Below, in pieces: positions 54,301 to 64,000 of a DNA stretch of 64,000 nucleotides; the first letter of the stretch is position 1; every line of letters begins with the position of its first letter. The DNA comes from Octopus sinensis (taxonomy: Eukaryota). The notes below the pieces were generated by a model. The model did not search any database. It worked only from the letters and a program-made list of their open reading frames with translations, and was not told where the DNA came from. The stretch is taken from contig NC_042999.1 of the NCBI RefSeq assembly GCF_006345805.1, positions 19,778,001-19,842,000 of the forward strand. Direction: 5' to 3'. The translations under genes and the position numbers were made by a program.

Positions 54301-57300
54301 AAACTAAACGCGTCTTTTCCATCGAGACAGGTTTTCAGAGACCGGATTAGCACACTAGTAAGAGGGCTTTGACGGGAGCCATCATCACAACAACAAATGG
54401 TGGTTTGCCCTCAAGAGAGCAGTAAAAGCAGAAGCGATTAGGTACAGCAAAGCACTAGCCATAGATAGAAATAGAGTAGAGGGTGAGCTAGTTAAGAAGC
54501 TAGAAGAGAAGCAATTAGAAGCGTTTTGGCGGCGAGGTTGGCCTCGACCAACACTTCAACGCCAAAAACACGAAGGATGTGCTGTCAGAGCTAGGATGCG
54601 TGCTCTAAGGAACGAAGGTGTTGGAGCCGCGAGAGAGGCCCGGGTGGCAGAGGCGCAACAGGGCAACAAAGCCACCATTCGGTCCCTGGTAGATGAACAG
54701 GGGCGCGAATTGCTCGAGCCAAGTAAAATGTGTGAGGCCTTTCAGCAGCATTTTGCCCGACTGTTCGGGACGAGTGGAGGGCAAGAACGTAGGGTGGACT
54801 TCAGTGCCTACCTACATAGCCTACCACGACTCTCGACAAGAAAGGCAGGGTGCTGCGAAGGTGCCATCACGGCGGCGGAAGTGCAGGACGCGATGGCAGA
54901 ATGCTCGACGGACAAATAACCGGGTTTGGATGGTCTATCCTACGAGCTTTACAATTGTATGCCAGACTTGTTTGGAGATTCCTGGTTTTGTGAGCCGAGG
55001 AGTCTTAACACTGCTGAAGAAAGATCTAAACAAGAGAAATGTAATAGATAACTTTAGGCCCATCACTGCTTAATGCAGACTTGAAAATTTTGGCCAAGGT
55101 GCTAGCCAAGTGGTTGGCGCTTGTCATCGAGAAACTGGTCGACAAGGCGCAGACATGCGCCGTGCCAGGCCGGACCATCCATGACAACCTCCACCTGATG
55201 CGCTACATCATAGACAGGGTAGTTAACGAACCTGGCATGGGTGGGGCGCTGATCAATTTGGATCAATCGAAAGCTTTCGATAGGGTAGACCATCGATACT
55301 TGGAGGCGGTCCTCAGAGCGGCTGGCTTCGGTCCCGTCTTCCGCGGCTGGATAGCCGCTTTGTACAGAGGCATCCGTTCGGTAATTCGCATGAATGGACA
55401 TCTATCGAGACCCTTCGACATCGCACGTTCGGTCCGTCAGGGATGCCCCCTCTCGTCGCTTCTATACGTATTGACTCTCGAGCCATTATTGCGGAAGCTG
55501 GCAACTTTGAGGGGCATCCCGCGAGAACTGGGATGCGGGACGAGCGTTTCTGCATACGCAGACGGCGTCACCGTCATAGTGTCTAGCCACGAGCACATCG
55601 AGCAGGTCGGCGAGACACTGAAAAACTACGAAGCGGTGACAGGAGCGAAAATCAACCGGGAAAAGTCAGTGGGCTTGCGACTAGGCACCTGGAGAAGCAA
55701 GCCCATGCCGTCCACCAGCGCCTCCGTCATGGCGCTGGACCGACGGCCCGGTTGAGTTGCTCGGGGTCTGGTTTGGTCCGGACCTCCAAGTGGAGAAGAA
55801 CTGGAACGAGATAACGAGTAGGGTGGTCACTCTCGCCCGGCAATGGGCCGAGGAAACTGTCCCTAAAAGGTCGGGCGGAGGTGGCGAACACGTACATCGC
55901 GTCTCATCTACTACCGCCTGACCGTCGTACCTTGTCCCGACCCTACCATCACCAAACTACAACGCATTCTCTTTCGCTTCTTGTGGAAAGGATGCGTCCC
56001 GATGGTCAGGCGATCCATTTGCTGTCAACACTCGTTAAAAGGAGGGCTGGGCATGCCGTGGTTGATGATGCGCAGACACGCGCTGAGACTGCGACATCTC
56101 TGGCTCTATGTAGACGACGGTGAACAGGTGTGGTCACCGTTGTGAGACACGCTTTCCCCGCAGCTCGTCTCCATGACCGAACTGCAGTCGTGGATCAAAA
56201 AGAGGCCGAGGAAGGGCGAATGGCACCGCGAGTGTCGCGTTGCTCTCAAGCAACTCTGCCGTCCTGGGTCGACCTTGAGTGACTTCAACACAACCAAAGC
56301 CTTCTATAGGGGATTAGTGGAGGGGAGGTACGACGACGAGCTCGGGGCGAACCTGGACGTCGACGAGGAGTGCCTGACCCGCCTGATCAGGACGACTTTC
56401 GGGCCAGGGCCCATGGACAACTTCCAGAGATCCCTGGCCTGGCAGTGTTACCGAGAAGCGCTACCCGTTCGGGATAAGCTCTACAGACACGGCTCGAGAA
56501 ACACGGGGCCGACCTGCCCGAGATGCGGTCAGAGCGACGTCCAATAATTTCCGACCTGTGGGCTTGTGTCGAACAACTGCTGCACGTGTGGGACGAGTCG
56601 GTTTATCAGCTGAGTCTATCGTCAATATTGTCACGCCTCCTTCCTTCAAACGGGAAGGAAGAGCTATTTTCATCATCCTTGTGGCTATGGCGAAAGAATG
56701 TATCTGGTGGACGCGCCTGAAAAGATTGGAGACAAACACTTTGCTCTCTGGTCAATCTCTCATCAACTTCTTCAAGTACCACTTGAAAAGGAAAGTGAGA
56801 GTACAGAGGCAAGTTTTGTCTAGCGAATGTTTTAAAAAAAGATGGGTGAATGTAGCAAGGATGGCACGTATGAATGACGAAGCCACCTTGAGCATAATCC
56901 TATGAACCCAGAAATTGAAAACAGAGGGTAACCCACTTGCAAACAAATGTGGTAACGTATAACAATATTGACCAAGTTTACCGTGGTCTTTTTCGTAGGC
57001 TTTTCTTCCCACGGATAAACCTACTGGCTTTCCCTTTACACCATATATCATAACACTGTGATACACGATCCCTATTGATCGTTCTTTTTTTTTCTTCCTC
57101 TTCCCCTTTTTTCTTCTTTTTTCATTTCTCTTTTCTTTTGTTCCTTTTCCTTTTCTTTTTTTTCTTTTTTTCTTTTTATTTTTTTATTTTTTATTTTATT
57201 TATTTATTATTATTATTTTTTTTTTTTCTTTCTTTTTGTTTTTCATCCCCCAAAAGAAAGCTCTACCTTGTAACTTGTCCCATCTGTGTGCAGCCCTGTT

Positions 57301-57315
57301 GGCCAATAAAGAAAC
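51323..57315 (+). mobile_element. Apparently full-length Tx1-clade LINE (copy D): 5' UTR, ORF1 51538-53522, ORF2 53567-56905, frameshifted
   Basis: Extra ~400 bp of 5' sequence beyond the copy C breakpoint, starting tatctatctatc|acaatgg. Same domains as C'. Ends aataaagaaac|ttatccatctatc. Confidence 0.95.
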
Positions 57316-57343
57316 TTATCCATCTATCTACCTACCTACCTAC

Positions 57344-57442
<99 letters not shown>

Positions 57443-57449
57443 AATCTAT

Positions 57450-57484
<35 letters not shown>

Positions 57485-57569
57485 TATCGAGACAAAACCA
57501 CTATTTTGCAAACAAACAAGGAAAGACTTAATTAATACATAAAATTTTAATAAATAGTCAAAAAAACCG

Positions 57570-57612
57570 CCACTACAATCGTTTCTTGTCTTGATCGACA
57601 ATCTTCAGGTGG
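57570..57612 (-). ncRNA. Minimal type I hammerhead ribozyme
   Basis: Reverse complement of the 59363-59405 motif, identical. Confidence 0.8.
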
Positions 57613-59362
57613 ACTTCCAATCTAAAAAATCAATATTTTAAAATATAAAATAATAATTTTAAAATAATTAAAGTATGAATGAAAAATATAAGTATATAAT
57701 CCATATATAACCTATCTATAATCCATATATAAACAATATATAAACAATATATAAACTAAAAAAACCTATCAACAATAAATATAAAATATAAAATATAAAA
57801 TATAAAATATAAAACAAAAAAAACAAAATAAATATAATAATAATATAATAATAAACTATATATACACCCATACGCATATACCTAATTATATATAACCATA
57901 TCTAACTACATACACTAAATCACACACCTATATATATATCCCTATACATACACATAAAAGTCTAGGCACTATAAATAAATAAAATAGCTAAATACTTCAA
58001 CACAATACTTATTCATACTCCCACACACACACACATACAACCCACCCACATTCACGCTCTAGAAAACGGACATCACTCAAAACTATGAACGGAGAAATGG
58101 AATAAATGGAATTAAAAATATATTCACTTGGTAAAACGAACACTACTTAAAAATTATGAATGAAACAATGCAATAAAACACAGACAGTCGCAAATAGACA
58201 CAAATTACTACAAATTCCTTATCAAACCTACCATGATAACCAAAACTCATAAAAACATATAATGATAAAATCTCCCTTTACTAAACTCTATAACAAACCT
58301 ATATAGCAATCCCCCTAACCTAAACATTCACACACAAATACACATGGGTGTGTGGTTTACGAGTGGTTTTGTGTGTGAATGTATAGGTTAAGGAATTGCT
58401 ATATAAGTATGTTTTAGTGTTTAGTAAAGGGAGGTTTTATCATTTCTGTTTTGTGAGTTTTAGTTTATCATGGTAGTTTTATAAAAGAATCCATTCATAA
58501 TTTTTGTGTTTATTGTTATTTGTTGTGTGGGGTTGAGTGGGTTTTGGAGTATATGTTGAAGTTTATATGTATGTATTGGTATGTGTAAGTGGTGTGGGTA
58601 TTTGTATATGTCGTGGGTGTGTGGTTTACGTGTGTGTATTTGTGTGTGAATGTTTAGGTGTTAGGGGATTGCTATATAGGTTTGTTATAGAGTTTAGTAA
58701 AGGGAGATTTTATCATTATAGTTTTTATGAGTTGGGTTATCATGGTAGGTTTGATAAGGAATGTGTAGTAATTGTGTCTATTTGCGATGTCTGTTGTTTT
58801 ATTGCATTGTTTCATTCATAATTTTTAAGTAGTGTTCGTTTTACCAAGTGAATATAATTTTTAATTCCATTTATTCCATTTCTCTCTCGTCATAGTTTTG
58901 AGTGATGTCCGTTTTCTAGAGCGTGAATGTGGGTTGTATGTGTGTGTGTGTGGGAGTATGAATAAGTATTGGTTGAAGTATTTAGCTATTTATTTATTTA
59001 TAGTTGCCTAGACATTTTTATGTTGTATGTATAGGGAATATATATAGGTGTGTGATTTAGTGTATGTAGTTAGATATGGTTATATATAATTAGGTATATG
59101 CGTATGGGTGATATAATAGTTTATTATTATATTATTATTATATTTTTTTTTTTTTTTTTTGTTTTATATTTTATATTTTATATTTTATATTTTATATTTA
59201 ATTGTTGATAGGTTTTTTTAGTATATATTTTTTATATATGTTTATATATGGATTATAGATAGGTTATATATGGATTATATACTTATATTTTTTCATTCAT
59301 ACTTTAATTATTTTAAAATTATTTTTTTATATTTTAAAATATTGATTTTTTAGATTGGAAGT

Positions 59363-59405
59363 CCACCTGAAGATTGTCGATCAAGACAAGAAACGATTGT
59401 AGTGG
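59363..59405 (+). ncRNA. Minimal type I hammerhead ribozyme
   Basis: CCAC-CTGAAGA-TTGTC-gatcaa-GACAA-GAAAC-gatt-GTA^GTGG: intact core, stems I and II, short stem III. Confidence 0.82.
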
Positions 59406-59584
59406 CGGTTTTTTTGACTATTTATTAAAATTTTATGTATTAATTAAGTCTTTCTTTGTTTGTTTTGCAAAATAGTGGTTTTGTCTCGAATAATATTTTA
59501 TAATATTTTACATTAAATCGATTTAATCCTAAATCTGATTTTTTTCCCTGTAAATTTGGATTTATTCCCTAATATTTTATTATA

Positions 59585-59631
<47 letters not shown>

Positions 59632-59649
59632 CATACATATATAATCCAC

Positions 59650-59815
59650 TTGTCTATCTATTCGCCAGCTAGTTTCTCGTCCCTCCCTTTCTCTTTCTCT
59701 TTATACACTCGAAACGTAGAAGACTTTCTCCTTTCTCTCGCGAGCATCAAACTAATACAGCTGTTTGTTGTTTCTACACCTGTCTTCGTCTTCTGTCTTC
59801 CAGTAAGATTCAACT
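59650..59815 (+). mobile_element. Decayed relative of the 10555-10722 element
   Basis: ctcgaaacgtagaagactttctc...ctaatacagctgtttgttg...acacctgtcttcgtc followed by (TA)n. Confidence 0.5.
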
Positions 59816-60090
59816 ATATATATGTGTGTGTTTGTGTGTGTATGTAAATGTGTGTTTATATATGTATATGTATATGCATATGTATATGTATATGTATATA
59901 TATATATATACACATACACACACACACAGACACTCACACACACACACACGCACACACACATATATATATGTATGTATTTGCATGATTCCTGCTGAGAAAT
60001 CTTGTGTTGAAAAAGATTTTGTATTTAGGGATGGTCACTTTATTTATTGGCCTAAAAAATTATAAATAAATATTCTTTTCTTCTTGCCTT

Positions 60091-60600
60091 ATATACGAAG
60101 CCCAATATACCCATCAAGACTACCTGTCTGATAAAGGTACACCAGGCACATGCATCACAACCATATGTGCGCGACATGGTGATCTCATATCAAGATAAAC
60201 AGCACATGACCTTGCAGGTGGGGCCCAGTTAGAATTTTCTTCAGGTTGAGTAGCCCATCCCGCTCAAACGGTCCCTGAATAAGGGTTGTTTAAGGATGTT
60301 GAAAGAACCACCCATGTTTCCAGAGGTGAACTATTCAAACCCCAAAGAATCCTTCTCAACACATGGCTATTACGCTCCCCCACTACTTCTGCTCGTGATC
60401 AGAGATGCACATATCGTCAGCCGCTAAGGGACATGCTCAACTGGTTAAGGTCAAACAACTGACAAGCAAATCTGTGGTATTGAGCAGAATATTGCTGTGT
60501 AGCCATCTTTTATACCAAGACAAAACAATGTACATGATAACACTTCCAATCAGTTAAGATCAGAAGCCATGAGAGCCTCTGCCTGGTACTGCATCAGGGC

Positions 60601-60602
<2 letters not shown>
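60091..60602 (-). mobile_element. Second copy of the (AAT)n-bound non-coding element, 3'-truncated
   Basis: Reverse complement of 37117-~37628. Starts in the (TAA)n tail of the Dong element. Confidence 0.8.
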
Positions 60603-60637
<35 letters not shown>

Positions 60638-63600
60638 TAGTTTTATTTTTATTTTTAGAGCGTGCTTTCACTTCACTACCGAGCGCAGCTCTGTGTGCCT
60701 TGGGTATGTGCTGTGATTTGTTGTGATGCTCTGATGGTTAATGTATGGAAAGTGTTCTGCGTAGGATGTGTGCAGTGCCTAGTAGTGCAATTTTCTGTAT
60801 GTTATATGTGTTTGTAAGTCCTGGTGTTTTTGTTATGTATTTGTCTGAATATTTTTTTATCATGTCTAATGCACCTACTATGATAGGAATTGTTTCTGTT
60901 TTCAGTTCCACATTCTAGTTACCTCTATTTCCAGGTCTTTGTATTTTGAGAGTTCTCCCATTTCTTTTAGAGACACGTTGTCATCTGCCGGTATTGATAC
61001 ATCAATTAGAAAGCATTTTTTTTCTTCATGATCTCTGACAACTATATCTGGTCTGTTGGCCTTAATTTCTCTATCTGTGTGTATCGGCATATCCCAGAGT
61101 ATGGTTGCTTTCTCGTTTTCTGTGACCTTTTCTGGTGTGTGCCTATACCATTTTTTTCTGTTGTTATTCCATAATGTTGGCATAGCTTCCAATGTATGTA
61201 GGTTCCAACTCTGTCATGTCTGTGAATATATTCCTTCTTAGCCAGGACTGGGCAGCTAGAGATAATATGATTTATTGTTTCTTGTCCATCTCCACATATT
61301 CTGCAGTTACTTGTAATATTTCTTTTCATTACATGTTTTTGGTAATTTCTGGGGGGAGGCTTTGGTCTTGTGCTGCCAATTAAAAATCCCTCTGTTTCTG
61401 CTTTGAGTCCTGAGCTTCTCAACCATTGCTGGGATTTTTCTTTGTCTATTTCTTTTGCGTTTAGTTTAGTGCAGTATTTACCATGAAGGGGTTTTTCTTG
61501 CCATCGTTTTATCATGGCTCGTTGCTGTTCTATTTTTAGTTTGGATTTCATTTGTTTTATAGCTTTTGTTGTTTTCATCATCTTCTTCTTCTTCTTTGTG
61601 TTTATTAGGTGGTATGATTTCTTGTTTGTATTTGTCAGCTTCCTTAAATACTGAGAACAGTTTTTTGTTTTGCTCGTGTTTTTTGCTGCTATCTGGATCA
61701 GTTTTCCTTCCTTCTGAAGTAGGTATTTTTGCAGTCCTATGGTGGCTATTTTATAGTAGTTTCCAGCTGTATAAGGCCTCTACCCTTCTATACGTTGTAT
61801 ATATAGTCTTTCTATGTCAGATTTTGGGTGATGCATCCTAGATCCTGTCAGTATTTTTCTTGTTTTCCTATCTATTTTGGACAGTTCATTTCGTGTCCAG
61901 TTAAGGATATTGTAGCTGTACTTATAACTGGGACAGCTAAAGTGTTGATACCTATTATCTTGTTTTTAGCATTGAGCTCTGTTTTTAGTATTGATCTAAC
62001 TCGTCTATAATATTCTTTTTATTTTCTCTTTCATTTGGTGGTGTGGTCTTATTTAGTTCATGGATTCCTAAGTATTTGTAAGTTTGGCTTTGGTCTAATT
62101 CTTTTATTTCATTGGTTTTATCTAGTGTGATGTTGTTACTCTTAACTAGTTTTCCTCTTTTCATGGTTACTTTGGCGCATTTTTCTAATCCAAATTTCAT
62201 ATCTATTTCTTTGGTAAATCCATGAACTGTCTTTAATAGTGTTTCCAGCTGTTTGTCATTTGCAGCGTATAGTTTTAGGTCATCCATATATAAGGTGGCT
62301 GATCGTTTTGCAGTAACATTTATATCCGCATCCAGTTCTATTTAGCATATCAGATAGAGGTGACAGTGCCAAGCAGAAAAGGAGTGGAGAGAGCGTGTCT
62401 CCCTGGAATATTCCTCTTCTAATGGGGATGTCTTTGGTTTTCATGAGTCCCTCTTTTGTTTGGAGGTGTAGGACTGTTTGCCATTTATTCATAGAGGCTC
62501 TATGAATTTATGATTGTTGGTGCTACTTTGTTTATGGCTAGTGTTTCGAGGATCCATGTGTGGGGGATGCTATCAAACGCCTTTTTGTAGTCAATCCAGG
62601 CCATACTGAGGCCTTTCTTCTTTCTGTGGCTGTCTTCAGTTACGGCTTTATTAATCATTAGTTGATCTTTACAGCTATATGAGCCCTTGCGGCATCCTTT
62701 CTGCTCTTCTGGGAACAGTTTGTTTTCGTCCAGGTGCTTGTACAACCTTTGCGATATCACTGAAGTAAATGCCTTGAACATAGTAGGGAAGCAGGTTATT
62801 GGTCTGTAGTTTTCTGGTTTTTTTGTTTCAATTGATTTGGGAATTAAAATGGTTTTCCCCTTCGTGAGCCATTCAGGCATTGTCTCTGGCTCTGCTAGTA
62901 TGCTGTTAAAGTTTTCAGCCAGCTTTTTGTGCATTCCTGTTAGATATTTCAACCCGAAGTTGGGGATCTTGTCATGCCGAGGTGCCTTCCAGTTGCTTAG
63001 TTTTTGCAGTGCCTGGGTGACCTCTTCAGTTGTTATGGGGGTCCAAAGTTGTTCAGATGCCGAGTTTGTTAGTTTCATACTCCTTTTTTTTGGCTGTTCG
63101 TTCGCCGACCATATTTCTCTCCAGAATTCTTCCAATTCTTCTGCCGTTGGTGCTGCAGTGACTTCTATTTTATTTTTGCCCAGTTCTTGGTAGAACTTTT
63201 TGGGGTCGGAGTTGAACTTTTTGTTCTGTTCAAAGAAGCGTTGGCGTTTCTCGTACCGGCGGATCCTTTGAGCTTTGGCAAGGATATCTTGCTTCAGCTT
63301 TTATTTTATCTCCGGCAAATCTTTTTCTGTGATGTTATATTTGCGGAGCATTTTTGTTCTCTTTTTGTTGCTCAGTAGCGTTGCTTGTTTGCTGATTTCA
63401 TTAAGAATCGACAGGTCTTTTCTAATTTTTTAAAATTTTGTTTTGGATGTTATTTATCCACAGGGTTTGTTTGGGTGGTGGTACTCCTGTTTGGGCGGGT
63501 TTGGGTGAGTATCCAGCTTCTTTTGTGGCTGCAGTGGCTGCTGCGTATATCAATTCATTTAGTTCAGTGATATCACTTTTTTTTTGTTTCAGTGGCTAGT

Positions 63601-64000
63601 TCAGTGACGGCTAGGTTTATGTTGTTTATAATTGGTGTTGTTATTGCGTTTATTTTTATTCTTGGGAGGTATGGTCGGTGGTCCATTTTGGGCTCTGTGG
63701 TTTTCAGTTCTTTGATTTTTTTTTTTTATATTATCAATCATTAGGCTCCCCTTCGTTGTTTACATCGTGTGTTTGTTGGGAATGTTGCGTTTGTCTTTGT
63801 GTTTTACAGTTTCAGTGTTTATATTATTGGGCATTGTTTGTTGGCTTCTAACTACATTTTCCTGGTGTATTTTTTCTTTTAAATGTTCTATTTCTATTTC
63901 TGATATTTTTTTTGTGTTGAGAATGTATCTTCGTACGTTAGCTAATTTATTAGGGTTCATTGCTGTATCCAAGTCTATATCTCTATTATTACCTTCCATA
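60638..64000 (-). mobile_element. R4/Dong-clade RLE non-LTR retrotransposon, frameshifted, 5' end beyond window
   Basis: RT (NYRPITC, WIDYKKAFDS, RGIFQGDTLSPLLF, MDDLKLYA), CCHC (CRICGDGQETINHIISSC), RHD, RPDIVV...IDVSIP nuclease. Stop at 60738-60740, ~100-bp UTR, then (TAA)n. Confidence 0.95.

Larger units (their letters stand above)
57477..59500. mobile_element. ~2-kb foldback (arms ~57477-58344 and ~58632-59500), Penelope pLTR-like
   Basis: Arms are reverse complements. The spacer contains a diverged direct copy of the right-arm start. Confidence 0.85.

Overview
AT-rich, repeat-saturated animal DNA, most likely octopus (inferred from the SINE families as I remember them; not database-checked). 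Indel-type frameshifts and one 100-N gap suggest an error-prone long-read assembly. The left third hides a minus-strand gene that the ORF track mostly misses: a signal-peptide exon at 20770-20842 plus four small phase-1/phase-1 exons, one EGF-like. Its introns hold tRNA-derived SINEs, a 183-bp SINE tandem array with 4-mer higher-order periodicity, a CR1 end and a broken piggyBac. The middle has a 3.6-kb (TATG)n satellite, a K/E-rich (TTC)n tract, and Penelope, R4 and pogo relics. The right third (41.5-64 kb) is a near-continuous chain of retroelements joined by microsatellites: an RTE end, at least four head-to-tail Tx1-clade LINE insertions each bounded by (TATC)n, a ~2-kb foldback with an intact minimal hammerhead ribozyme in each arm, and a Dong/R4 RLE LINE ending in (TAA)n next to a non-coding (TAA)n-bound element. 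The best candidate for an undescribed system is the (TATC)n/(GATA)n-specific Tx1 family, within a wider pattern of repeat-specific insertion.
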